From contig MCFH01000046.1 of the NCBI GenBank assembly GCA_002104945.1, positions 186,001 through 250,000 of the forward strand: a DNA stretch of 64,000 nucleotides, in the 5' to 3' direction. Both the position numbers and the translations under genes were made by a program. The stretch comes from Piromyces finnis finn. Lineage: Eukaryota > Fungi > Neocallimastigomycota. Below, one piece after another: positions 1-16,500 of this stretch. Every line of letters begins with the position of its first letter. The stretch's first letter is position 1. Below the pieces are notes generated by a model, which was given only the letters and a program-made list of their open reading frames with translations, was not told the DNA's origin and made no database searches.

Positions 1-74
1 TGCAAATTCATTTAAATCATATTGTTAATATAAAAAGATTTTCAATATTAATTACTACTTAATTAAAAACCTAC

Positions 75-916
75 CCTGTGCTACTTTAAAAAATTCCTCT
101 CTTTCTTTTCTCTCTTCTTCTTGTCTTTTTCTTATGCCTTCTACTTCTTTTCTTCTTTTTTCAAGTGCAATTTTTGCACGTTCTTCTTTTGTTAAGAATT
201 TTGGCTTTATATTTTAAATCCAAAAATTTACATTTTTTTAATTTGAAATTTTAAATTATTAAAAAAGGGAATGAATATAATTTAATTTATCTCCATTAAA
301 TTTATTATTTATATATTGTTTTCTAAGTAATTATTTGAAAAAATACCTTTTCAAATGAAATGTTTTCTTGTTTTTTATTTAATAAATCTTCAATTGAAAT
401 TGGAACTTTTTTTGTTGATGTAATCACATCCTGATCGTTTTCTATTGAATCACTTATTATATTTTCGCCTTTCTTTTCTTTTTCTTTATACTTATTTTTT
501 AAATTATCTCTATCTCTGTCTCTGTCTCTATCTCTGTCTCTATCTCTGTTTCTATCTCTATCTCTATCTCTGTCTCTACCTCTTTCTCTATCTCTTCTAT
601 CTCTGTCTCTATCTCTTCTATCTCTATCTCTGTCTCTGTCTCTATCTCTGTCTCTATCTCTGTCTCTGTCTCTGTCTCTATCTCTTTCTCTATCTCTGTC
701 TCTATCTCTGTCTCTATCTCTGTCTCTGTCTCTGTCTCTGTCTCTATCTCTGTCTCTGTCTCTGTCTCTGTCTCTATCTCTATCCCTGTCTCTATCTCTT
801 CTATCTCTTTCTCTGTCTTTTTCTCTTCTTTCTTTGTTTTTATCTCTTACATCATCTTTAGAATTATTTAATTCTTGTTGTATATCATTATCGATTTCCA
901 TGCTCGAGCTATTCAT
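75..916 (-). CDS. PRP28: Prp28/DDX23 DEAD-box splicing helicase, N-terminal exons only (exon 1 347-916, exon 2 75-204); gene continues off the left edge
   Basis: Spliced translation ...PISIEDLLNKKQENISFEK|PKFLTKEERAKIALEKRKEEVEGIRKRQEE resembles the DDX23 segment PLSLEELLAKK...PKFLSKAEREAEALKRR. It follows an Arg-rich dipeptide tract, and the GT-AG introns keep the frame. The helicase core is outside the window. Confidence 0.8.
506..825 (-). repeat. Coding hexamer microsatellite (AGAGAY)n encoding an RD/RE dipeptide tract
   Basis: tctatc/tctgtc tandem units; translation RDRDRD... in ORF 323..916. Confidence 0.95.
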
Positions 917-1322
917 ATATTATTATTATAAAATATAATTACATATATATATTTATTAGCAAATTTATTATTTATTAAATTAAAACTAAAGTAACACTAT
1001 AAAATTATATTATTGTTATTTTTAATTATCTCTTTATATAATTCAAATAATTAATTAAATAAAAATCAAAATTTCATTTTATTCTTTTTTTCCTTAAAAA
1101 ATAAATAAATATATCTATAATATTAAAACTTATTACTTATTATACCTTTGCTCTTCTTTATTATTTGACATTTTATGTAATTCTAACTTTAAATTATCAA
1201 TTTATATTTAATAATTTTTATTAATCAAATACATTATACTTTCTAAATATCAGTTTTTTTTTCTATTATTATTAATAAAATAAAATATTATAAATTATGA
1301 TATATTTTAATTAACAAATATA

Positions 1323-1332
1323 GTCACGTGAT
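1323..1332. promoter_or_regulatory. Candidate E-box (GTCACGTGAT; Cbf1/bHLH-type site) about 410 bp upstream of the PRP28 ATG
   Basis: Palindrome TCACGTGA in otherwise almost GC-free intergenic DNA. Confidence 0.3.
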
Positions 1333-1473
1333 TTATTATATTTTATAAGATTTTTTCAATTTATTTTATTTTTTAGACATTTTTAAAATATTTATTTTAA
1401 TTTAATTGGCATATAATTATTATATGCTATAATTATAAATAAATTATTAAAACAATAAAGTACAATATTAAAT

Positions 1474-4372
<2,899 letters not shown>

Positions 4373-4613
4373 AATATTATTGCTACTAAATAATTTTTTT
4401 ATTAATTTTATTATATAATTATAAATAATAATAATAATAATATAAATAATACATGAGGAAAAAAAAAAAAAAGAATACTATTATTTAAAGTTTTTTTTTT
4501 ATTATTATTAGTTATTGATTAATTATAACTAATAATCTTTTATTATTGACAAATTTTTTAATAATTAAATTTTCTTTCCAATTACATTAATTTATATATA
4601 TAAATAAAATATT

Positions 4614-7600
4614 TTATATTTTAAATATTGATTTCGCTACATATTTTTTGCTTTTTGGAGAGATTAGTCCTTCATATTTAAGAGATGGGTTTAAATTTTT
4701 ATTAATATCACTAAAAATATATTGTAATATTTCTTTTAAATTTTCTTTTGATATTTTTGAACTGAGATGCGAAGAAGAAATATCATTTAATGGTATATTT
4801 GGTAAACACCATAATGGTAATATAGATTTTAAATAATTGCAGAATTTTTGAGGTCTTTGGTATTCATTTAAGGTTTTAGTCTGAGTCACAATTGATTCAT
4901 TTATATGAATATTATTAGTAATAAGTTCTTCAAAATCATTAATAGATCCAGAATAATTATACTCATCTGGTATGTTAGGTATCTTTCTAATTTCAATAGT
5001 ATTATTATCTATTACAAAAAAAGATTTACAATTAGTTTTTAAAAATGATTTTATAAATTTTTATTATTAACACTTACACTTATGAAACCATGCTTCATAG
5101 CCATTCAAGGTTATAAACGAATTTATAATTTTTTTAACGTTTTCGTTATCTGATCTTTCATAAATGAAAGTGTTTGATATAGCTATATTTTTTTGACTTT
5201 ATATATATATATATGTAATATATATATTTCATAAACTGTCAATTAATAGTTTATTTTACTTTATATATTAATATTCATTATATTATTTAATAACATTACT
5301 TTAACTCATAAAACATTGGTGGCATTTTTTCTTTTGTTGGTATTTTCATAGTTTTAAGAAGTTGTTGATATATCATCACCTCATTAATTCTACAATTTAA
5401 AAATATTTTAATATTAATTTAATTGACTTTTAAACCTTATATTAATTTACTACCTTTTCCAACTCCCTACTATTAGTTGTTTATCATCTTTTATGACCCA
5501 AAATTGATCATATTTATCATTATTTTCATTATATTCTATATTTTGTTCCTTTCCTGTATTGCTACTTAAAAACCCTATAATTCTGATGTTCTTTGAATAA
5601 ATTTTGTTTTTATTAAGTCTTACTTTATGATAATTATTCTTACATGATTTAATATCTACAAATTTTTCAGTAGTATAATCAATTGTTGATAAGTTTAATT
5701 TTCTTCGTTTAATACTCTGTTTTCTTTCTACTGTATCTTTTTCCAATACACTTGTATTGTTTTGCATTAATAAAAAATTGCTAATATCATTATCAATAAA
5801 TTTCTGATTTCGAATTTCATATGTCTTAATAGTACTACTATCTATATTTTGAAAGTTAGCAGTACAATTTGTTTTTTCTTTATTTATAAATGAGATTTTC
5901 TCTAATTGTTGATCTTTTATAATATTGTTAATATGTTTGTCAGCTTTGGAAAATGATGATATATCAGATGCTATGTTCAATTGTTCTATAGGTTCTACAT
6001 TAATAATAATATATATATTTATCAATAAATTGATTATTTATGTATTATTAAATCATAAAATTATGTTTATTTATTACTAAATATTAAGGGTATTTCCATA
6101 TTTAACTTAGGAGGAGGATAAATTTCATCTGTTAGTTTATCAATTAAATCTATTATTCTTTGCGGATAATGAAACATAATTTTCATCTTACTTGGTTCAA
6201 TATTTACTAATACGGAATAACAATTTTAATAAAATACAATAAGTATTAAATTTCTTAATTATAATTATAGTCTTTAAATAAACTATATAAAATATTATTA
6301 AATTTTAGAATATTTTTATTTTTATCCATACTATCAATGGTATTGGTTGGAAGTGTTATATCCAAAAATACAAAAGGATATTTTTTATTTCCAGAACTTT
6401 CAGTATTTGACAATTGAAATGACTTTTGCTTAATTAATTTCAATATTTCCTTAAAAGTTGGCATTAAAGAAAGTTGAATTGGTCTTTTATTTACATAAAA
6501 AAAAATTCTATCTGTTGAAGACCTCCAGTATTTTTCTGGGTCTAATAAATAATATGAAAAAAAATATACGTTTATAAAACTTATATTTAAATAATAATAT
6601 ATGTGCTTTTTAATAATTACCAACATTAGGTTTATATAAAATTGCATTAAATTCTATATTTTTGGAGAAATTATCATCTTCATTTATTAGTTTATTTTTT
6701 ATATTATTTTCATCTATACTTTCTTCTTCGGTATCATCACTCTCTTCATTATCAAATGAATAAGTTTTTTTTATGCTTTGTAATTGAGATGTTAAATCAC
6801 TGCCGAATAAATGTTTAATTGAATCCTAATTATATTTTAAAGATTTATAAATTCCATTATTATCTTTTTTTTTTTTTTTACAATCTAATAAATTTTACAA
6901 AAAAAATTACCATTGTTGAATTACATATTATTGAGTGCCATTCTACATTATTATTATTAAAAGTTGCATTTACTTTTCTTTTGCTAATTTTATTGCTTAT
7001 ATTGCCTGAATGTTTAAATGAAAATCTGATATTTGGATATATCAATGCATATGAGGTTAACATTTCTAAAATTGATTTTATTGTATTATTACTTTTCTTT
7101 AATGCTGCTTGCTTTCTTACTGGTGTATTATAAAATATTTTTATTATTTGAACTGTTGTTCCAATTGTAGTATTTGTTGGTGTTTCGCTATTTTCGAATA
7201 TATGATTGAAATTTTATTAAATTTCTTTATCTTATTATAATATTTTATTAAAATCAATTTTACCTTACAATATTTCCCATATGATCAAAATTATACATTT
7301 TCCCTATTATATCTTCTTTAGTTCTTGTTTCTATTGAAAATGATTGAGAAATTGTACAAATTGAATTTAAAGCTAAAAAAACATTTATATTTTTTTAAAA
7401 AAAAAAAAAAAAAAAAATTAATTAATTACATAAACTATATATATATTTATTTTAATACTTAAATAACATTAATTTTAACCTTCTCCTCTAAATCCATATG
7501 TTGTAAGTTTTGAAATATTATCAAATGAACCATCAGGCAATTTTGAAGTACAATGTCTATGACCAATAAATTGTCTATCATTTAATGGAATTCCTATACC

Positions 7601-7777
7601 ATTATCTTTGACTATTATTGAAGTAAATCCTCCTCCAACCAATTTACACTCTATGTTTGTTGCTTTTGCATCTATTGAATTTTCTACTAATTCTTTTACT
7701 ACAGAAGTTATTGAAGTAATTACTTGACCTGACGATATTATTCTAACAGTTTCTTTTGATAAATTTTTTATACTCAT
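4614..7777 (-). CDS. PMS1: MutL homolog of the human-PMS1/yeast-Mlh2 class, multi-exon
   Basis: ETVRIISSGQVITSITSVVKELVENSIDA, GFRGE|ALNSI, FYNTPVRKQ, RIFFYVNKRPI, YPFVFLDITLP..VNIEPSK (GHKL ATPase plus transducer). C-terminal domain resembles human PMS1 (RINEVMIYQQLL; QRPQKFCNYL) and has no DQHA motif. Confidence 0.82.
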
Positions 7778-8234
7778 TTTTTTTTCTTAAAATATTAACT
7801 TTATTTTTTAATCTTAAAACCTTTTTAATTATATTATTTAAATACACATGATTTATATATAATCTATGTCTTATGATCATAAATTAATAAATATTTTAGA
7901 ATTAAAATTTTTAAAATTAAAATTTTATAATACTAAAAATTTCCCTTATTATTATATAATTACAAATCTTTAAATTATCCCTAGAAAAAAAAAAATAAAA
8001 AGAAGTCTGAAACAAGAGAATTATAAACAATTATTATATCAAAATAAAATTACATTTCTTCTATATATTTATATAAAATATTTTTCATATTTAAAAAAAA
8101 TCTTCATAATAAAAAATTTCTCGGAATAATTTTTATTTTAAATTTGTATTAATAAGAAATTAAATAAGCAATATAATAATTAATTTTTTAAAAATATAAA
8201 GAATTATGAATATATAATATTACAAAATTAATTA

Positions 8235-10559
8235 ATGGATTCAAATAATAAACAAAATCCTCGGGTAAGTATTAAATAGAAATAGAAATAATATAATAAC
8301 TTTCATATTAAAAATTATATTTTAAATATTAAATTATTTTAGAATTTACTATATTTGGGGAAAAGAGGTATATATTCAACATGGGATAAAAATCAATCGG
8401 TTTCAGTTAATGAAAATGAAAGCACAATTAATTCTGCAATTAAAAGAAGCAGAACAGCTATGAAAAGAAAAACCATTGATGAATGTAAATTAAATATAGT
8501 CATATATATATATTTGTTAATTTGAATATTGAATGAATGCTAAACCTAAAATATCACTTTTAATTTATAGACAATAAAAATGATATTTTAAGTCCTTATC
8601 ATGAAAAACGTAAGAAATATTTATAATAATTAATTATTTCAATATATTACTATTATAATTAATATAATTATTCCTAATTCATAAATATAAATGGTTAATA
8701 TATATTATATATTTAAAATTGTAGAAATACTACAACCCATAAATATGTCTAATTCAAAGGACAAAGAAGGATATATGACACCAAGTTCAATTGCTAATAA
8801 CAGTAGCTTTAATAATGGAATATTTCAAAAAAGTATAAAATCAAAAAAAAAAGATAAAGAATTATTTAGGACAACATTAGTGAAAATTATAATGTAAATA
8901 ATACCAAATAGTATAGTGTTTTTTATATATATTTTTTTTTTATAACTCACTTATTAATTTATTAAAATAATAATAAAGGCAATGTCAAGATTCAAACGAT
9001 ATTCAAAATGTCCAACAAAATTTAGAAAAAAATCTTGGAAGATCAATATCTAATCATGAAAAAGATATTATGGTATTCTATACTATAAAAATAAATATAT
9101 ATATTTTTAATTAAATAAACTAATTTTTTTTTTATTTAAATGAAATATTATCCAAAAAGCAAAGATATTATTATTATATTACAAATGGAATTGATACATA
9201 TAACGTCGCGGATATGGATAATGAATGGCTATTACATGTTTTAGATTATATACCGATGAAATATAAACTTAATTGCAAAGAAAAATTGATAGAATTAGCA
9301 AATGAAATGAGAAAAGATTATAATATGAGCATCAAAAGAGCAATTGGTAACAAATTATTATTTATATATTTCCTTATATAATAAAAATAAATTAATTATT
9401 TAAAATATATTTTTAATATAGTTGATTTTGTATTAAAGGATCCACATGATAAAGAACAAGATATTCCGGAAGAATCAAATAATCCTGAAAGTTTTGTTAA
9501 GTTAGTAATAAATATATTTTTTCACTAATAACCTAAATATTAACTATATAATTAATTATATTTTTAAAAGTATAAGACAATCAACAAAAACATGGAAAAC
9601 ATTTTATGATAATGCTAATGATGTAATAAAAAAAGACCCAATTGTCAATAATTCAATTATATCGGAGATTTTAAATATATTTAGCGAAAATAAAAAAATT
9701 AGATTTTTTAACCTTGATTCAATAATACAAAAACAAAATATATTCGAATTAAAAACTTTCAAATCACAAACAATTCAAAACTTTGAGAAAACTCATGACT
9801 ATATAATGAATAAGTAAAAATCAATATTTATATTATACATAAATCAATTTGTTAATTTAAATTTATTAAAATAATTTTATGATTATAATAATATACAAAT
9901 TACAGTTGGTATCCATTCATTTTAACCTTATTTTATAAAAATAACAATGGATATACATTAATTTCATCAGACAAATCAGAATCATTTTTTAGAACAATAT
10001 CTCTTATAATGGTTGATCAATTAAGATATATCGTCAATAAATCATTAGAAGATTTTGTACTATTATTTGAATGTGATAGAAATAAATTAGTTAAAAGAAT
10101 ACCAAATGCTGTACCGCCATTATTTATTATTAAGTTATTATTAGACGATAATAAAATTATATTTGAACCATCTTTAGATGATATCTTTTCAACAATTACT
10201 TCATTATTTAATCAAATAATTATATCTGCAGATAATATACCATTAATTGAAACACAATTATTTAGAAATGGAAATTCAAACTCATTTAATACAAATAAAA
10301 TAAATGAATATTTACAAGTTAAATCAGAAAATAATTTAAAAGTTGATTTTGAACAAACATACCCAGAAATTGTTGAAAGTAATAGAACAAAACTAAATGA
10401 ATACTTAGCAAAATTATTGAAAGAACCAGAGGAGTACTTAAAAGAATTTAATGAACATATAGATTTAATAAATAAAAATGAAGAAACATATGTTGATGAA
10501 TTCTTAGCACAAGAGCATTCTCATGAAGAACTAATGAAAGTAAATTAATTACCAATAAA

Positions 10560-10595
<36 letters not shown>

Positions 10596-13500
10596 TAAAA
10601 TTATTAAAATATAATAAACTTTAATAGAAAATTATATAATAACTTAATATTTTTGTATTAACAATTATTAGGAAGTTATGAAATATCATGATTTAGCAAA
10701 TATAAAAATAAATTCAGCATATCCATATGTTATACGATTTCCTCTAATTGAACTTGAATGTGATGAGTTGTTAAAAGATTTAACTGCAAGAGCATTAAAT
10801 TTATCTAATAAGATCTTACAATTTATGAGTGAAGAAAATAGAAAATTAAATCAAGAGTACAGTAAAAATATTTATATATAATTATATATATAATTTTTAA
10901 TAAATAGTTTATATTAATTTTAATTTTTAAAACATAGAATATGTAATGAATATGAAGAAATATCTAGGAAGTTAGTTATTATACCCAATAATGTTGAAGA
11001 AATGGTATTATTACAAAACTTTTTGGATAATGTAAAAAACATTCAAATTAGAGAATTGGATGAAAAAATAGATGAAGCAAAGGAAAGGTAAATTTATAAT
11101 TAGTCTATATATAAGTAAGAAATATCATAGATTAATAATATTAATATTTAAATAATATACATTAGATTAAACTTTATGATTACATATTCTGAATTAACAA
11201 AAGAGGACTATGATCTTAATACTGAATTATATTCATGGCCATCAAAAATATTACCAATTATGGATGAATGTGTTAATATTGTTGAAAATGCTAGAGAAAT
11301 AAATAAAGATGACCTAAATTCAAGAAGAGAAAAATTAACCGTCGAATTAGATGGCTATAACAAGCAACTTGAAGAATATATTACTTTTGGTGATTTCAAT
11401 GAAATATTTAAATATTTGAGAACAGCTCAAAAATTAAAAAGTAGAATAGATAACATTGAAGAAAGAATAAAAATCTTTAATAAAGAAGAAAATTTGTTTG
11501 GTTGGGAAGTAACAGAATTTCCATTATTAGATGAAACTAAAGATGGATTAAGTCCATATCTATTATTATATCAAACATCAGTAGACTTCCAAAAAAAATA
11601 TACTGCATGGATGACTGGTAGTTATTTACAAATAAATGCAGAATCTGTCGAAAAAGATGTAACTAATATATGGAGAAATATATTTAAATTACACATTTCA
11701 TTTGCTAATAATCCAGCTCCATTTGAACTAGCATCTATATCAAAAGAACAAATTGAAAGATTTAAAGTACACTTACCAATGATCAGTATAATGTGTAATC
11801 CTGGTTTTAAAGATAGACATTATAAGGATATTTCACAAATTATTGGAACAAGATTCCAACCGGACGAAACAACTACTCTTAGTTCTGTGTTAGAAAGGAA
11901 TTTAACTCCATACACAGTTGAACTTGAAAAAATTAGTTCCATGGCTTCTAAAGAATATTCATTTGAAAAGGTATTACAAAAAATGTACTCTGAATGGAAA
12001 GATATTGAATTTAGCATGATTATGTATAGAGATACTGGAGTTGAAATCCTAACAGGAATAGATCCAATACAAACGTTATTAGATGATCATATTGTAAAAA
12101 CTCAAGCAATGTTAAGTTCTCCATTTATTAAAGCACTTGGTAGTGAAGTTCAAGAATGGTGTGATCAATTAAGAAATATTCAGGATGTATTAGATCAATG
12201 GTTAACAGTACAAGCTGTTTGGCTATATCTTGAACCTATCTTCGGTTCTGAAGATATTATGAATCAAATGCCTGAAGAAGGTCAAAAGTTTTTCAATGTT
12301 GATAAAATATTTAGAGAAATAATGAAACATGCAAATATGGATAAGCATGTATTAAAAGTATGCGAAATGCCAGATCTCTTAGCTAAATTGACTAACTGTA
12401 ACACTGAACTTGAATTAGTACAAAAAGGATTAAATCAATATCTTGAAATTAAAAGATTATATTTCCCAAGATTCTTCTTCCTTTCTAATGATGAAATGTT
12501 GGAAATTTTATCTGAAACTCGTGATCCATTAAGAGTTCAACCACATTTAAAAAAATGTTTTGAAGGTATTAATGAATTAGAATTCCAAGAAGATTTAGAT
12601 ATTACAGGAATGCTTAGTGCACAAAAAGAATATATTAAATTTACGGAACCTGTCTCAGTTGTTGCAGCTAATGGTGCTGTTGAAAGATGGTTATTAAATA
12701 TTGAACATATTATGAAAAAAAGTATGAGAAATGTTACAAAAGAAGCTGTTGAAGCATATAGTGAATCACCAAGGGAAAAATGGGTTTTAGAATGGCCAGG
12801 TCAAGTTGTTTTATGCGTATCACAAATATATTGGACATTAGATGTTGAAAATGCAATAAAAGAAAATGGAAAGGATTCATTAAAAAAATTTTCTGAACTT
12901 AGTACGAAGAATTTAGAAAAAATTGTAGAATTAGTTAGAGGTAATTTGCCAAAACTTTCAAGAATTACATTAGAAGCCTTAGTAGTAGTAAGTAATAATA
13001 TAACTATAATTATAAATTAAGTATTTAGGATCTAATAATTACTTCATTTATCAATATTTTTATTAGATTGATGTACATGCAAGAGATGTTGTAGATCAAT
13101 TAATCCAACATAATCTTGAAAGTATATATGATTTTGAATGGTTAAGTCAGTTAAGATATTATTTTGATAAGCAAGAAGGTGTTATTGTAAAAATGATTAA
13201 CTCTGTTCAAATGTATGGATATGAATATTTAGGAAACACGGGAAGACTAGTTATTACACCATTAACAGACAGATGTTATAGAACTCTTCTAGGTGCATTA
13301 CAATTAAATCTTGGTGGTGCACCAGAAGGTCCAGCAGGAACTGGTAAAACAGAATCTACAAAAGATTTAGCAAAAGCATTAGCAATGTTTTGTGTAGTAT
13401 ATAATTGTTCTGATGGTTTGGATTATATTGCCATGGGTAAATTCTTTAAAGGTTTAGCAGCAGGTGGTGCATGGTCGTGTTTTGATGAATTTAATAGAAT

Positions 13501-16500
13501 AGATTTAGAAGTATTGTCTGTTGTTGCTCAACAAATATTAACTATTCAGAGTGCAAAAGGAGCAAGACTTGAATCATTTACATTTGAAGGAACAGAATTA
13601 AATCTTAATCCAAATTGCCAAGTATTCATTACAATGAATCCAGGTTATGCAGGAAGAAGTGAGCTTCCAGATAACCTTAAGTCTCTATTTAGACCAGTAG
13701 CTATGATGGTTCCAGATTATACATTAATTGCAGAAATATCCCTTTATTCATTTGGATTTGTTGATGCTAGAAAACTTGCTGTAAAAATTACAGCTACTTA
13801 TCGTTTATGTTCTGAGCAATTGTCTTCTCAAGATCATTATGATTATGGTATGAGAGCTGTAAAATCTGTGCTTTCAGCTGCAGGTGCTCTAAAACTTAAA
13901 TATCCTGAAGAAGATGAAAATGTTTTAGTACTAAGATCAATTATTGATGTAAATATTCCAAAGTTTTTGTCACACGATATTCCACTATTTAAAGGTATCA
14001 CAGCCGATCTATTCCCAGGAATTGTATTACCAACACCAGATTATAAAGAAATTAATATTTCAATTAATAGAATTTGCGATAATTTAAATTTACAATTAAC
14101 ATCAGAATTCTTGGAAAAAATATTACAAATATATGAAATGATGATGGTCAGACATGGATTTATGCTTGTAGGAGAAACATTCTCTGGTAAAACTTCTGCA
14201 TATCGAGTATTACAGCAAGCGCTTTGTGATATGGCTTCAAGAAATTTAGATAAGATGGTTCAAGTTAAAATTATTAATCCTAAATCAATTACTATGGGCC
14301 AATTATATGGACAGTTTGATGCAGTTTCTCATGAATGGTCAGATGGTGTATTAGCTAATGCTTTCCGTGATTTTGCTTCTTCTGTATCACCAGATAGAAA
14401 ATGGATTGTATTCGATGGACCTGTTGATGCTATTTGGATTGAAAACATGAATACAGTATTAGATGATAATAAAAAATTATGCTTAATGAGTGGAGAAATT
14501 ATTCAAATGTCTTCTACAATGAGTTTAATTTTTGAGGTAAGAGACTTGGCTGTAGCTTCACCTGCAACTGTTAGTAGATGTGGTATGATTTATATGGAAC
14601 CTGAATCTCTTGGTTGGAGACCAATTGCTAAGTCATGGTTAAAAAGTGATTTTATTATAGATAGTGAAAGAGCAATTATAAACGGCTTGTTAGAATGGTT
14701 AATTGACTCAATATTTTTATTTAAACGTGAACATGTTAAAGAATATGTAGAAACATCAAATATTAATTTAGTAGTTTCACTTCTTAATATTTTGGAATGT
14801 CTTATAATTGATAAAAATGATAAAACTGATAATAGTGAAACTTCAGAAACATGGATTCAGTGCGCATTCATATTTTCTTTGATTTGGTCTCTTGGCATTA
14901 CAGCTGATGAACAAAGCAAAATAAAATTCGATAAATTTTTCAGAAATTTAGCTTTTGGAAAGGCTTCAAAAGGAAACAAATTAAACTTGCCAATACCAGA
15001 AGAAGGATTAATATACGATTATAAGTTTGATTCAAATGGAGATGGCCAATGGATTTTATGGACTGACACAATACCTTCAGATTTTCAAATTAACGCAAAA
15101 GCAAAGTATAATGATATTTTGGTTCCAACAATTGATACAGAAAGATATTCATTTATTATTAAATTGTTAATTGAAAATAATAAAAGACTATTAATTGTTG
15201 GACCTACAGGTACTGGTAAGAGTATGTATATTAAAGATGTATTAATGAATAAAATTTCATCTGAAGTATATATGCCAATATTTATGGCATTTTCTGCTCA
15301 AACGTCTGCAATGCAAACCCAAGAAATTATTGAATCAAAATTAGATAAAATTAAAAAAGGAGTAATTGGATCACCTGCTGGAAAGAAATGTATCTTTTTT
15401 GTTGATGATTTGAATATGCCGGCAAGAGAAGAATATGGTGCACAACCACCAATTGAATTATTAAGACAATATATGGATTTCGGAGGTTGGTATAATACTA
15501 AAGATAGTTCATGGCTAACACTTCAAGATATTCAATTTATTACTGCAATGGGACCACCAGGTGGTGGCAGAAATCCAATTACTTCAAGATTATTAAGACA
15601 CTTTAATATTATTTCAATTTCTTCGTTTTCTAATGAAACACTTAAAAAAATATTCCTAACCATCTTAAAATGGCATTTTACAACAAAAAATTTCTCTAAA
15701 GAAGTATCTGAGTTAGCTGAAACAATTATTGATGCAACAACAAATATTTATAGAAAAGCAATGGATCATTTACTGTAATATACAAAAATAAATAATTATT
15801 TCATATATTTATCATATTTAAATTTTTTAATATTTTATTATATTATTTTATTATATTAGGCCAACACCCATGAAATCTCATTATACATTTAATTTAAGAG
15901 ATTTTGCTAGAGTAATTCAAGGAATATTGTTAAGTCAAAAGGAAATAATGACGGAAAGCTCAAAAATGGTAAGGTTATGGTTCCATGAAGTATATCGTGT
16001 TTATTTTGATCGCTTAATTGATGATAAAGATAGGAGATGGTTATTTGAAACCCTGAAAACATCAGTTAAAGATGATTTTGGATTGGACTTTGTGTCAACA
16101 TTTAAATTCTATGATAAGAATAATATTAATCAAGTTACGGAGGATGACATAAGAAGTTTAATTTATGGTACTTATATGACACAGAAGACACAGACGCCAT
16201 TTTATGATGAAATAAAAAATTTAAATGAATTATCGGAATTAATTGGAACATATTTAGATGAATATAATTCATTTAGCAAAAAGCCTTTAGATTTAGTTAT
16301 GTTTAGATTTGCTATTGAACATTTAGCACATATTAACAGAATTTTCTTACAGCCTCAAGGAAATATTTTGCTTCTTGGTGTTGGTGGTAGTGGTCGTCAA
16401 AGTTTAACTCGTTTAGCTAGCTACATTTTTGATTTTGATATTTATCAAGTAGAAATTACAAAAAATTATAATACTCAAGCTTGGCATGATGATATTAAGA

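Noticed and set aside
445-861. 138-aa YLCLCL ORF on the + strand
   Set aside because: Antisense reading of the RD microsatellite.
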